Positions 31,349-41,347 of a DNA stretch of 64,000 bases are shown here, piece by piece. A program made the position numbers and the translations under genes. Below the pieces are notes generated by a model. It was given only the letters and a program-made list of their open reading frames with translations, made no database searches and had not been told where the DNA came from. Each line of letters begins with the position of its first letter. Position 1 is the stretch's first letter. This DNA comes from Bacteroidota bacterium (lineage in GTDB: Bacteria; Bacteroidota; Bacteroidia; CAILMK01), in the NCBI GenBank assembly GCA_034440515.1, contig JAWXCF010000099.1, positions 2,270 through 66,269 on the forward strand, in the 5' to 3' direction.

Positions 31349-31789
31349 TTATATAACTATTGCATTCAAGTATTTCTCACTCAAAGGCTTATTTATATAT
31401 CTAAACACATAAGGGTTTATACTAGCCCTATTTATATCTGTCTCGCTTATTGAGCTTGAAAGTACTATTACCCTGCATTGAAGTGCCATATTAGGATATA
31501 TTTTTACCAATTTATCATATTCTTCTAGGAATTGAAAACCATTCATTACTGGCATATTCAAGTCTAAGAAAATAACTTCAGGTAAAACTTTGCTATTAAT
31601 AAGTAAGTCTTCTAAGTATATTAATGCTGCTGGTGCATTGTTGTAAACAGAGACGGTTTTAGCAAAGTTGGTCGTAGTGACCATCCTTTCATTTATAAAG
31701 TTGTCTATTTGATCATCATCAATTAGTAATACCTGATTGTATTTGTAATTATCCTCACTCTTATTTTTTGCCATAATTGTAATAATCAA
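31349..31789 (-). CDS. Single-domain response regulator (CheY-like receiver)
   Basis: VLLIDDDQIDNF...VIFLDLNMPVMNGFQFL... has the receiver acidic pocket and a phospho-accepting Asp (D in FLDLNMP). 146 aa, no output domain. Confidence 0.75.
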   Translation of the reverse strand: MIITIMAKNKSEDNYKYNQVLLIDDDQIDNFINERMVTTTNFAKTVSVYNNAPAALIYLEDLLINSKVLPEVIFLDLNMPVMNGFQFLEEYDKLVKIYPNMALQCRVIVLSSSISETDINRASINPYVFRYINKPLSEKYLNAIVI

Positions 31790-31860
31790 ATATAAATTGG
31801 TAAAGTACTAACTAATTATAGAAGTACAATACATAGTGGCAAAAGTAATAATAGATACTA

Positions 31861-32256
31861 TTATTGTATAGCAATCAGTACAGGTTCTGTAAGTGGTTTA
31901 TTTAAAAACTTATAAACATACTTACTGCTGTTTGCTCTATTTAAATCTTTAAAACTTTCTGTACTGCTTAGCATAATAATTCGTGTGTTAGATTTAATTT
32001 TATAGTCTAGCTTATCATAATTTTCCAAGAACTCGAAACCATCCATTACGGGCATCATTATATCCAGAAAAATTAAGTCTGGTAGTTTTTCGTTTGTAAT
32101 AAACTTTGAATTTAAATATTCAAGTGCATCACTTCCTGATTTACATTCATCTATAGTTTTGGAAAACCCCGCCTTTTCAATTAGTTTTTTATTGATGAAA
32201 TTGTCAATTTCATTATCATCTATTAACAGCACGTTTTCAAATCTAAAGCTACTCAT
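31861..32256 (-). CDS. Single-domain response regulator (CheY-like receiver)
   Basis: VLLIDDNEIDNF...LIFLDIMMPVMDGFEFL... is paralogous to the neighbouring receiver. 131 aa. Confidence 0.75.
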   Translation of the reverse strand: MSSFRFENVLLIDDNEIDNFINKKLIEKAGFSKTIDECKSGSDALEYLNSKFITNEKLPDLIFLDIMMPVMDGFEFLENYDKLDYKIKSNTRIIMLSSTESFKDLNRANSSKYVYKFLNKPLTEPVLIAIQ

Positions 32257-32318
32257 TTTGTAAATGTAAATTTATTTATTGGGTAATGCAAATTGAGTTT
32301 ACTATAAGCATATTAATA

Positions 32319-32678
32319 CTAATGTAGGTTTTCAATTACATTATGAATTTCTAACAATGTGTTTGAAATGACACCCCCTAAGTTATTAATAATGGTTTTT
32401 ATTTCTGGATCACCAGCTTGATCTCTACCTAATCTTTCTAATTTTTGCATCAGTTCAGTTGTTTCTGGCATACCTATGTATGCAAAATTTGGTTTTATTC
32501 TATGGGCTATTTCACTTATCCTTTTATAGTTGTTGTCCGTTAAATTTTCTTCTAACTCAGACATCGCTTCAGGTAACTGCGTTAAATACATTCGCAACAT
32601 TTCTAAAACAAATTCTGTGCTATTACCCGATAGTTCTTGTAGTAATGTTATATCAATGCCTTTAGATAAATGTGCCAC
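32319..32678 (-). CDS. Histidine phosphotransfer (Hpt) domain protein
   Basis: A 119-aa all-helical protein. ISEIAHRIKPNFAYIGMPE fits the Hpt phospho-His motif (HxxKG-like context). Confidence 0.55.
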   Translation of the reverse strand: MAHLSKGIDITLLQELSGNSTEFVLEMLRMYLTQLPEAMSELEENLTDNNYKRISEIAHRIKPNFAYIGMPETTELMQKLERLGRDQAGDPEIKTIINNLGGVISNTLLEIHNVIENLH

Positions 32679-32720
32679 CTATATTATATTTTTATGAAAT
32701 AGATTCTACAAAAATATCAC

Positions 32721-33932
32721 TTAATGAATGATTATATCATCATCTTGTATTTCTACTTCATCTGCAATAATTGTTGACCTCTCCACCACGTTTTTAAGTT
32801 CACGTACATTTCCAGGCCAGTTATGGGCCAATAGTTTCTGTATAGCTGCATTGCTAATGCTATGGAATGCAATTACTTTATTGTCTAAATCAAATGATTT
32901 TAAGAAATGATTAGCCAATATTAAAACATCATTACCCCTATCCCTTAGAGGTGGCAAGTGTATTAAAAACCCTTGTAATCTATAATATAAATCTTCTCTA
33001 AACTTACCTTCCTTCACCATTTTTAACAGATCTTTATTGGTGGCTGCTATTACCCTTACGTTAAGTTTTATCTCCTTATTACTACCCACTCTGGTTATGG
33101 TCTTTTCTTGCAACACTCTAAGTAACTTAGTTTGTAAAAGTAGATCCATTTCACCAATCTCGTCTAAGAAAATGCTTCCGAAGTTTGCTTCTTCAAATTT
33201 GCCTATTCTGCGACTATCGGCACCTGTAAATGCACCCTTCTCGTGTCCAAATAACTCACTTTCTATTAAATCGACTGGTATTGCAGCCATATTTACTGTC
33301 ACATAGCTTTCTTTATATCTCCTTGAGTTTACGTGAATTGACTTTGCCACTACTTCCTTACCAGTTCCGCTTTCTCCAGTTATCAAAACCATCATTTCGG
33401 TTTTTTCTACTTTCTGCAGTAGCCTTATCACACTTAATATACTGTTACTCTCACCCAACAAAGTTTGATACCGAACTCTGTTAATTATTTGACTTTTTAA
33501 ATCTTCAAGTTCCTTTTTCTGTGTTACTATTTTAGTAAATTTCAGTATTGAGGCAAGCAAGTCTTGGGGAGCGGTAGTGTTTTTCACTATATAGTCTCTT
33601 GCCCCATTTCTGTAGCATTGTACCACCATATTAATATCTTCTTGCCCGCTTAACATTATGCAAGGAATCTCATCATTAAACTCTAATGTTTTTTGCAACA
33701 GTTCTAGCCCGCTTAAGTCTGGCAGGTTGCAGTCAATGCTAACTATGTCTGGTGTACTATTTAAGGCAGATAGATAATCTATGCCAGTTTGAAATAGAGT
33801 TACATCATAATTGCCATTAGATTCTATATTTTTTTGCAATATTCTCCCATATATTAGGTCATCTTCAATTATGTATATACTTGTAATGTAGGCTTTTCCC
33901 ATTAATATTTGTTGCTGTGCAATTATAGTCAA
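32721..33932 (-). CDS. Sigma-54-dependent response regulator (receiver + AAA+ sigma-54 activator domain) lacking a C-terminal HTH DNA-binding domain
   Basis: Receiver at the N-terminus (IYIIEDDLIYG...IVSIDCNLPDLSGLELL). Sigma-54 interaction domain (GESGTGKEVVAKSIH, ESELFGHEKGAFTGA, GNVRELKNVVER). The protein ends 19 aa after the NVREL...ER motif, so there is no Fis-type HTH. Confidence 0.8.
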   Translation of the reverse strand: MTIIAQQQILMGKAYITSIYIIEDDLIYGRILQKNIESNGNYDVTLFQTGIDYLSALNSTPDIVSIDCNLPDLSGLELLQKTLEFNDEIPCIMLSGQEDINMVVQCYRNGARDYIVKNTTAPQDLLASILKFTKIVTQKKELEDLKSQIINRVRYQTLLGESNSILSVIRLLQKVEKTEMMVLITGESGTGKEVVAKSIHVNSRRYKESYVTVNMAAIPVDLIESELFGHEKGAFTGADSRRIGKFEEANFGSIFLDEIGEMDLLLQTKLLRVLQEKTITRVGSNKEIKLNVRVIAATNKDLLKMVKEGKFREDLYYRLQGFLIHLPPLRDRGNDVLILANHFLKSFDLDNKVIAFHSISNAAIQKLLAHNWPGNVRELKNVVERSTIIADEVEIQDDDIIIH

Positions 33933-34022
33933 AAAAGCTCTACAAACACTTTATAAAATGATTGCAGAGCGGACACTTTAACTTTAAGTAAAATCAGTTT
34001 CTCTATTTGGTGTAAATTTTGT

Positions 34023-34481
34023 TTAATGCAATACAGTAAGCGTACCTTTTTTATATTCTGCATAGCCAGCTATGCCATAAGCATTTAATTGCCAACTATA
34101 TACATCATTTTGAACTGTAAGTCCTTGGTATTTACCGTCCCAACCTTCATTTATATTGTTAGACTGGTACACTATTTCCCCCCATCTGTTGGTAATGGTC
34201 AATTCAATAGACTTAATGCCCTCCCCTCTTATTTGAAAGAAATCATTTAGACCATCTTTATTAGGTGTAAATGCCGATGGAATGAACACACGCAAACTTG
34301 GACCTACCTTTAGTAAGTTGCTGTGGCTGACCACAGCTGTTTCGTTTTTTTTGACAGCTGTAATTCTGTAGGTTCTAAATTGTGGATCACTCACTTGGGC
34401 GAATATAGATTCGCTATTCATTATCATTAGAAAACCCACTAATAAGGAACATTTGGAGATAAAAAAAATACGGTTTTTCAT
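34023..34481 (-). CDS. Small secreted protein consisting essentially of a signal peptide plus a T9SS type B (CHU_C-like) C-terminal domain
   Basis: The plausible start is MKNRIFFISKCSLLVGFLMIMNSESIFAQ (a signal peptide). About 35 aa later the CTD begins: ...LRVFIPSAFTPNKDGLNDFFQIRGEGIKSIELTITNRWGEIVYQS...GWDG...YSWQL...GTLTVLH. No passenger domain is present. The ORF track's longer N-terminal extension (from 34574) looks like read-through of non-coding sequence. Confidence 0.65.
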   Translation of the reverse strand: MKNRIFFISKCSLLVGFLMIMNSESIFAQVSDPQFRTYRITAVKKNETAVVSHSNLLKVGPSLRVFIPSAFTPNKDGLNDFFQIRGEGIKSIELTITNRWGEIVYQSNNINEGWDGKYQGLTVQNDVYSWQLNAYGIAGYAEYKKGTLTVLH

Positions 34482-34834
34482 AGTTGGGTGATGCTTTAAT
34501 TCACTTCTACAAAGGTATTTAAGTAAGCAAATATGAAAATTATAAATATGGGGGCAATTTCTCAATTGTAACACTTTTAATCTAAATGTCAGATTATTTC
34601 ACAGTCTTATTAAGAATTAATTTGATTATCAATTGTTTGCAATATTAATTACTTAGAAACAGGTGGTAAGATATGTGGAAAACTTGCCAAAATATTAGAG
34701 CTAAAAGGTTATATATTTGACTTTATCTGTTGATAATGTATTATACTAATGTTTGTGGAACACCCTACTTATGTCTTTAGGTTAATAATTATCTTGATTT
34801 TTGATAAACAATGTGTTTTTATTAGTTTAGTCTC

Positions 34835-37800
34835 TTGATTACCCTGCAACTACATACCATACAATTATTTTCCCGCTTATCTAGGAGTGTGTATATAGTT
34901 GTGTTGTTTTTTGTAATGCAAATTTTCGCAATTGACTCATTTGCATATACTTTACCTAAAAACCAAAGCTTTTGCGAGGGGCAAGCCTATACCGTAGGCG
35001 AAGGTGCTGCAAAAAATGTAACTTATTCTTGGAAAAATTTACTAACAGGCCAAACAAGTGCTAATTCTTATTTTAATTTTAAAGTTGAGAAGAATTTAAA
35101 GATTGAATATAAGGAGTACAATAGTGTGACTAAAATAACGAGCATAGACACATTATTTCCACTGGTTATATCAAAATTTAATGGATTAATAACTGGTCAA
35201 AGCACTATATGTCCAGATAAAACATATACTTACAGTATTCCTTTTTCAGCCGACGTAAGCTATAAATGGGGGATTTTTGGACAAGGAAATATTCAATCAA
35301 TAAGTACTAATAAACTTTCAGTAAGTTTTTCGCAAAATTCTAAAAATAGCAAAATAAGGGTCATCGTAACCAATGTATCGGGTTGTGCTGATACGTTCGT
35401 TTACCCTGTGTTTGTTGAAAGTTTTCCTACACCTACCTATCAAAAGGAGTACAAATTGTGTGTTGGAGAAGACTTAATCATAAGAATGCCTAAGCAGGAT
35501 ACTTCTTGTAAAAATTGTATTGCATTAAGTTATAAATGGATAGTAAATGGCAAAATTGTATCGCAAAGCAATTTTCTAAAGTATAAGGTAAGTGAATCTC
35601 ACAAGTTGAATTTACTTGTTTATGATAGTATAACTCAATGTAGCACTTTAGATACTATTGATATAAAGGCATTCAAATGGCCTGTATATCAAAACATATT
35701 TGGGCAAAAACAACCCTGTATAAATGGAATATATAATTACGGCGTAGATGATAATAAAGTAAACCCTACTGATATAATTAAATGGAGTGTACAAGGGGGA
35801 GAAATAATAGGTAGTAGCGGAAATAGTAGAGTTATAGTACGTTGGAATACAACTAGCCAAGGCAAAATAAGATTAGATATAGGAAATGAGGCACATTGCG
35901 ATATATCTAATGAATTAGCAGTAAATGTATTGCCATTACCCGAACTAAGCCTGACAACTCAAAGTTCAATTTGTAAGGGACAAAATTTTAGTTTAATTTC
36001 TAAGCAAGATGCAAAACTCACCTATTATTATAAACTACCTAATGAAACAGGATTTAATGTCTATTTACAACCAATTGAGGTGCAACAAGAAGGCTGGTAC
36101 CAAGTTCTAGCTAAAGATGAAGTATCTGGTTGCGCAAGTATAGACTCGGTTTTAATAAAGATTGTTCCACACAAAATAATCATATTTGAAGGCCCAAATC
36201 AAGTTTGCCAAAATACCAAAGTAAGTTATGGATTTAAGGGTAGAGGAAACCAAACTGTGTACTTAAGTTCAACTATAAATCAAAATACATATCAGTTTAA
36301 TTCAGATTCAGTTGGCATAACGTTTCCAACTATTGGCAAGGTTCAAATGACCGCAGCTGTGCTAAATGAGAACAATTGCTTTGATACGACCAAGTTCGAT
36401 ATAGTTGTAGTGAAAAATGATATTCAGGAATTGATAGGCAAACAAAATGTGTATTCCAATACTATTGAGGTGTTGAAACTAAAGGAAATATCAGGAACAA
36501 AATGGAGTGTAAATAATCCAAATGTTACTATGATTACCCAATCTGACTCTGAACTAAGCTATACAGTAAATGCGGCTACTAGCTTTTCCATTTCTTACAA
36601 TGGTGTTACCAAATTTGGGTGTGCTGTATACGATAAGATACAGATAACCAGTCTTGTTAGTGACCAAAATAGATTAGTTAATATTAATTATCCTATTCTT
36701 AAGGATACATACTGTATCGGCCAGCCTTTAGTATTTTCACATTTGGTACGTCCAAATACAAGTATATCTTGGCAAGTAAATGGAGTTACCATTCCAATAG
36801 CCACTAGTGCCCAATTTAAGTTTAAAGTATTAGTTGCTGATAATTCCAATTATCAATTGGAATATACTGACGATAATTCTTTAATTAAAACTGTCTTATT
36901 TCCTAAAAATGATGGGAAGTTTAAGTTAATTTCATATTATTTCGATGCTTTTATAGGGCAAAGTTTAAGTGTGCAACGTGAACTTTATTTTGTTCCCCTA
37001 CCTTCTGTAACTATTGACTATTTTTATCAGCAAGCGGAATCCAACGCTAAGTTCAATCTTAAACCAGACGATAATAGCATTATTACCCAGCAAAAGGTGC
37101 TGATAAATGGTGTGCCTTATTTAGATAAAGACATATTGGCGCCAATTTCAGATTATAATAGTAGGGTAGAGTTAGAGCTAGAATTGAAAAATGCGAGTGG
37201 TTGCACATCAATTATACAAAGAACCATTAACATACCGAAATTAAGGCAGGCAAGGTTCGACAGCAGACAATTCTGTTCAGAAGTGCCTACCTATGTACAA
37301 TTATTGGATGATAAAGAAATAGAATCTAGATGGGTAATAGATGATACCATAATTCAATATGGTAAACTTCCAGTTTGCAGTTTTAATCAACCAGGAACGC
37401 ATAGCATAAGCAGAATTATAACTGATCCATTTTTTGGAGATGTAAAATATAGTCAAACTGTAGTAGTCACGGGCAGACCATCAATTGGTTTTAAAGATAT
37501 AAAACAGTCAGACAACCTCTGCAAAATATCCGTAAATAGCAGCTCTGCAGATGTAAGATGGTTTCTAGATGGCATTCAAATAGGATTTGGTGAAGCTATT
37601 GAGTTTGAATTACCCAATGTAAATGTCAGTCACAATTTAGTAATTTTAACAGAAAATGATCTTGGATGCAAAACGCAAATAGATACCGTTTTAACTAGCA
37701 AGAGCCTTACTACAAATCTACTGGAATGGCAAATAGTACTTAGTCCTAACCCATCACTAGATCATACCAAAATAGCATTGATTGGGAATGAGACTGTTAA

Positions 37801-37960
37801 TTGGACAGTGATTACAGGTTCAGGTCAATTAGTGTTACGGGGAGTATTGCAAGCAGTAAATGCTAGTCAAGTATTACAATTGCCTACGCCAGGCATTTAC
37901 TATTTAAACTGTATATCAGCCGCAGGCCAACAAAAGGTATATAAAATAGTAAGGCAATAA
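34835..37960 (+). CDS. Large (1041 aa) secreted Ig-like/beta-sandwich repeat protein with a T9SS type A (Por_Secre_tail-like) C-terminal domain
   Basis: N-terminal signal/TM (VYIVVLFFVMQIFAIDSFA). Cys-containing beta-rich repeats. C-terminus ...LSPNPSLDHTKIALIGNETVNWTVITGSGQLVLRGVLQAVNASQVLQLPTPGIYYLNCISAAGQQKVYKIVRQ matches the type A CTD pattern. Confidence 0.7.
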   Translation: MITLQLHTIQLFSRLSRSVYIVVLFFVMQIFAIDSFAYTLPKNQSFCEGQAYTVGEGAAKNVTYSWKNLLTGQTSANSYFNFKVEKNLKIEYKEYNSVTKITSIDTLFPLVISKFNGLITGQSTICPDKTYTYSIPFSADVSYKWGIFGQGNIQSISTNKLSVSFSQNSKNSKIRVIVTNVSGCADTFVYPVFVESFPTPTYQKEYKLCVGEDLIIRMPKQDTSCKNCIALSYKWIVNGKIVSQSNFLKYKVSESHKLNLLVYDSITQCSTLDTIDIKAFKWPVYQNIFGQKQPCINGIYNYGVDDNKVNPTDIIKWSVQGGEIIGSSGNSRVIVRWNTTSQGKIRLDIGNEAHCDISNELAVNVLPLPELSLTTQSSICKGQNFSLISKQDAKLTYYYKLPNETGFNVYLQPIEVQQEGWYQVLAKDEVSGCASIDSVLIKIVPHKIIIFEGPNQVCQNTKVSYGFKGRGNQTVYLSSTINQNTYQFNSDSVGITFPTIGKVQMTAAVLNENNCFDTTKFDIVVVKNDIQELIGKQNVYSNTIEVLKLKEISGTKWSVNNPNVTMITQSDSELSYTVNAATSFSISYNGVTKFGCAVYDKIQITSLVSDQNRLVNINYPILKDTYCIGQPLVFSHLVRPNTSISWQVNGVTIPIATSAQFKFKVLVADNSNYQLEYTDDNSLIKTVLFPKNDGKFKLISYYFDAFIGQSLSVQRELYFVPLPSVTIDYFYQQAESNAKFNLKPDDNSIITQQKVLINGVPYLDKDILAPISDYNSRVELELELKNASGCTSIIQRTINIPKLRQARFDSRQFCSEVPTYVQLLDDKEIESRWVIDDTIIQYGKLPVCSFNQPGTHSISRIITDPFFGDVKYSQTVVVTGRPSIGFKDIKQSDNLCKISVNSSSADVRWFLDGIQIGFGEAIEFELPNVNVSHNLVILTENDLGCKTQIDTVLTSKSLTTNLLEWQIVLSPNPSLDHTKIALIGNETVNWTVITGSGQLVLRGVLQAVNASQVLQLPTPGIYYLNCISAAGQQKVYKIVRQ

Positions 37961-37996
37961 AAAAGGGCACTTAATCTAAATTAAGTACCCCCAATA
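37961..37996 (-). terminator. Rho-independent terminator for gap; may act bidirectionally for the convergent + strand gene
   Basis: GGGCACTTAAT-cta-ATTAAGTACCC hairpin (one mismatch). On the minus strand it is followed by a U6 run (complement of aaaaaa at 37959-37964). Confidence 0.55.
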
Positions 37997-38023
37997 TAAT
38001 TTAGTCTATATATACTAATCTAA

Positions 38024-39028
38024 TTAAGCAATAAGATTTCCTACTTTTATAGTTATATCGGCCATTCTGTTGCTATAGCCAGCTTCGTTATCATACCAAC
38101 CTACTACTTTTACCAAATTACCGTTTACCATAGTTAGGTCCGAGTCTAATATACAACTGTGTACGTCACCTACTATATCGGCAGATACTAGTGGTAGTGT
38201 TGTGTACTTCAGTATGCCTTTCATTGGTCCCTCAGCTGCAGCTTTAAATGCGTTGTTTATTTCCTCTGCGGTTACTGATTTATTTACCAGACATACGAAG
38301 TCTGTTACTGAACCAGTAGGGGTTGGTACACGGAAAGAACCACCAGTCAATTTACCATTTAGGTGTTTCAATACTTTGCCCACAGCCTCTGCTGCGCCTG
38401 TACTGGTAGGTATAATGTTAATAGCTGCACTTCTAGCACGACGTAAATCGCTGTGAGGTGCATCTATTAGTCGTTGGTCACTGGTGTATGAGTGTATGGT
38501 TGATAAGAAACCACTTTGTATGCCACATAAGTCATCTATTACCTTTACCATTGGTGCTAGGCAGTTTGTGGTACAGCTTGCATTGGACAATACAATATCA
38601 TTAGCTGACAACTCATTGTCATTTACACCCATTACATATATAGGCACATCACCCTTAGGCGGTGCTGATAGTATAACACGTTTAGCACCAGCCTCTACGT
38701 GTTTCATCATTTCTTCTTTCTTAACAAATCTACCTGTTGACTCTATTACTACGTCAATTTTCATATCTGCCCAAGGTAATTTAGCTGGGTCAGCCTCTTT
38801 TAATGCTTTTATGCTTTTACCATTTACTATGATGGTATCATCGTTATTAGAAACCTCACCAGCAAATGTTCCCTGTACAGAATCATACTTTAGCAGATGC
38901 GCTAGGGTATGGGTATCAGTTAAATCATTGATGGCTACAATTTCCACCTCAGCACGCTCCAATAAAGCTCTGAAAGTTAATCTACCGATACGGCCAAAGC
39001 CATTGATGGCTACTCTAATATTTGACAT
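38024..39028 (-). CDS. gap: Glyceraldehyde-3-phosphate dehydrogenase (type I)
   Basis: MSNIRVAINGFGRIGRLTFRAL...SNASCTTNCLAP contains the catalytic Cys motif. Confidence 0.92.
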   Translation of the reverse strand: MSNIRVAINGFGRIGRLTFRALLERAEVEIVAINDLTDTHTLAHLLKYDSVQGTFAGEVSNNDDTIIVNGKSIKALKEADPAKLPWADMKIDVVIESTGRFVKKEEMMKHVEAGAKRVILSAPPKGDVPIYVMGVNDNELSANDIVLSNASCTTNCLAPMVKVIDDLCGIQSGFLSTIHSYTSDQRLIDAPHSDLRRARSAAINIIPTSTGAAEAVGKVLKHLNGKLTGGSFRVPTPTGSVTDFVCLVNKSVTAEEINNAFKAAAEGPMKGILKYTTLPLVSADIVGDVHSCILDSDLTMVNGNLVKVVGWYDNEAGYSNRMADITIKVGNLIA

Positions 39029-39144
39029 TGTCTAATTATAAAAGTGAAAAAATGCTATTAATAATGGTGCAAAATTAGTTAAAAAATAGTGAGAATTAAT
39101 TTTGTCTGTATCATATTTATTTTTACCTTTGCTCTCTCAAAAAT

Positions 39145-39216
39145 GCGCTGTTCGTCTATCGGTTAGGACACCAGATTTTCATTCTGGTAAGAGGGGTTCG
39201 ACTCCCCTACGGCGTA
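39145..39216 (+). tRNA. tRNA-Glu (anticodon UUC)
   Basis: Cloverleaf folded by hand. Acceptor GCGCTGT/ACGGCGT (two G-U pairs). D-stem GTCT/GGAC. Anticodon stem CCAGA/TCTGG with loop TTTTCAT, giving anticodon TTC. 4-nt variable loop. T-arm AGGGG-TTCGACT-CCCCT. Discriminator A. The overall sequence is close to canonical bacterial tRNA-Glu (TCGTCTA...GGACACC...TTTCA...GGGGTTCGA.TCCCCT). CCA is not encoded. Confidence 0.85.
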
Positions 39217-39591
39217 CACAATACACATAGCAACTCATCTGGTTGCTATTCTTGTTTATAATCCTCTGTGGTTCATAGTTTTGTGGGGTTGTTTGAGTAG
39301 CGGAAGAATAGGAGGTATATTTAGCACATCCATTTCTATAACATAACCCTCACAAAAGAATTTATTGATTATTAATCGTAAATTTTATATTTTTCATCTA
39401 TCTAGTTTGTCTTTAACTCTTTATAAAGGTCTTAAATTTAAGTTTTAATGCCTTGTTATTTGTATTACGTGGTTTACGAAGTTTACCTAGTTGCAATATT
39501 ATGAGCTGTGCACTTTTATCTAGTTTATATAATGAGATTATCCCAAATATCATTTAAACATATTGTTAATACTAGCTGTCAGTAACAATGA

Positions 39592-40647
39592 ATGTTAAAA
39601 CAGATTTTCAGATTTATTACTAACTGGGAGGAATGGCATTGGCTGGCTAAATATATCCCCATTATGCCGGTCTGGGCTTGGTATTGCTTGCGATCCCGTT
39701 CTATCTGGTTTTTCACCCCTTCTAATCCTTCTCTCAGCTTTGGGGGATTCCTGATTGAAACCAAACAAGAAATGTATAATCAACTGCCACCTTCGGTGTA
39801 TCCGACTAGTGTTTATATAAAACCATCTATGGACTTTGAATTGGTAAAAGCACAGTTTAACTCTGCTCATTTAAACTATCCAGTTGCTGTAAAACCCGAT
39901 GCAGGTATGATGGGATTTATGTTCAGAAAAATTGAATCTTATCAATGTTTGAAATCATATCATTTGGCAATGCCAGTTGATTATATTATTCAAGAATTTA
40001 TACATTACCCACTAGAGGTTAGCGTGTTCTATTACCGTTATCCCGATATGGAAAGGGGTGTGATTACTGGGTTTTTAAAGAAAGAATTTTTGCAAGTAAT
40101 TGGCGATGGCAGTTCTACGTTAATCCAATTAATGCATAATGAATCTAGGGTAAAGTTTAGGCTTGTTGAAATGAAACTAAAACATCAGAACAGATTGTCA
40201 GAAATAATTCCAGAGGGTGAAGTACTTTGTCTATCTCCAGCGCTGAATCTAAGCCGTGGCGGGAAGCTGGTTAATCTAGAATTTGAAAAAGATGAAAAAC
40301 TTCTTAAACTCTTTGATAACCTTAGCCATTACACCAAATCATTTTACTATGGTAGATACGACATTAAATGTGCATCTATTAAAGAGTTGAAGGAAGGCAA
40401 AAATTTCTCAATACTAGAATATAATGGCAGTGGTGCAGAACCTCATCACGTATATGATAATGGAAACACACTGTTTAAGGCTTACAGCATATTGTTACAC
40501 CATTGGAATATTCTGTATCAAATTTCTGCACAAAACCACAAAAAGGGAATTTCTTATTGGGGTTTTCTAGCTGGATTAAGGCATTCCTTGAATGCTAAGC
40601 GACACTTCAAGATACTTAGCCAATTAGATAGCAGATTTCAACTTTAG
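39592..40647 (+). CDS. Putative ATP-grasp family ligase (RimK/alpha-L-glutamate-ligase-like)
   Basis: VAVKPDAGMMGFMFRKI (compare the VxxKPxDGSGGRGV ATP-grasp P-loop-like strand), YIIQEFI (compare V.QEYI), ...EYNGSGAEPHHV near the C-terminus. The N-terminal about 90 aa is Trp-rich and unassigned. The assignment is tentative. Confidence 0.4.
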   Translation: MLKQIFRFITNWEEWHWLAKYIPIMPVWAWYCLRSRSIWFFTPSNPSLSFGGFLIETKQEMYNQLPPSVYPTSVYIKPSMDFELVKAQFNSAHLNYPVAVKPDAGMMGFMFRKIESYQCLKSYHLAMPVDYIIQEFIHYPLEVSVFYYRYPDMERGVITGFLKKEFLQVIGDGSSTLIQLMHNESRVKFRLVEMKLKHQNRLSEIIPEGEVLCLSPALNLSRGGKLVNLEFEKDEKLLKLFDNLSHYTKSFYYGRYDIKCASIKELKEGKNFSILEYNGSGAEPHHVYDNGNTLFKAYSILLHHWNILYQISAQNHKKGISYWGFLAGLRHSLNAKRHFKILSQLDSRFQL

Positions 40648-40660
40648 TTATTATAAATAA

Positions 40661-41347
40661 ATGAAATCCAATCCAGACATTATTGAACAATATTTTAATC
40701 ACATTAATTCTGTGGATTTTCCCTGTATTGGTGCGAAGGCTTCTGCTACAAAAGGGAGGGCAGACGTCTTAGTCGCAGAAAATATCTGCTGTCCCAACGA
40801 TGATGCAGATATACTAAGTTTTATTTACAAATTTATAGACAAAATAAGAAATGACAAGAATGGATTCTATAGTGCTTCGATAGTATTTAAGAGTCCTAAG
40901 TCATTCACAGAGATAGAGTTCGATAAATTCCTGTGGCTAAGACTACAAGCACTTTCAGACCTAGATTCAACTGCATTCGAATTTGCCAAAGGCGTTTCAG
41001 ATAATCCAGAATCTAAAGAGTTTTGTTACAGTTTGAAGGGGGAAGCATTTTTTGTAATTGGCCTGCATTCTAATAGTAATAGACAGGCAAGGAGATTTGA
41101 ATATCCTGTCCTTGTATTTAATGCACACAGACAATTTGAAATACTTCGAGAATCTGGTACATATACTAAAATGCAGAATATCATTAGGAAGAAAGACATT
41201 AAATATTCGGGATCAGTAAACCCTATGCTAACAAATTTTGGCGAACGATCGGCTGCATTTCAGTTTAGTGGTCGTAAATATGAAAACAATTGGAAATGTC
41301 CATTTATATCTAATTATGAAAAAACTGACATTAATAGAACCACGTAG
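40661..41347 (+). CDS. Hypothetical protein, possibly YqcI/YcgG family (PF08892-like)
   Basis: A 228-aa soluble protein. The N-terminal FPCIGAKASAT motif is reminiscent of YqcI/YcgG-family proteins, but I cannot verify this without a profile search. Confidence 0.35.
   Translation: MKSNPDIIEQYFNHINSVDFPCIGAKASATKGRADVLVAENICCPNDDADILSFIYKFIDKIRNDKNGFYSASIVFKSPKSFTEIEFDKFLWLRLQALSDLDSTAFEFAKGVSDNPESKEFCYSLKGEAFFVIGLHSNSNRQARRFEYPVLVFNAHRQFEILRESGTYTKMQNIIRKKDIKYSGSVNPMLTNFGERSAAFQFSGRKYENNWKCPFISNYEKTDINRTT

Noticed and set aside
34482-34574. N-terminal extension of the mini-CTD ORF (MLQLRNCPHIYNFHICLLKYLCRSELKHHPT)
   Set aside because: It is Cys/His-rich odd sequence preceding a perfectly good signal peptide starting at MKNRIFF. 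It is most likely upstream non-coding read-through in the ORF track.
38202-39035. + strand ORFs of 84 and 183 aa
   Set aside because: They lie entirely inside and antisense to the well-supported gap gene.
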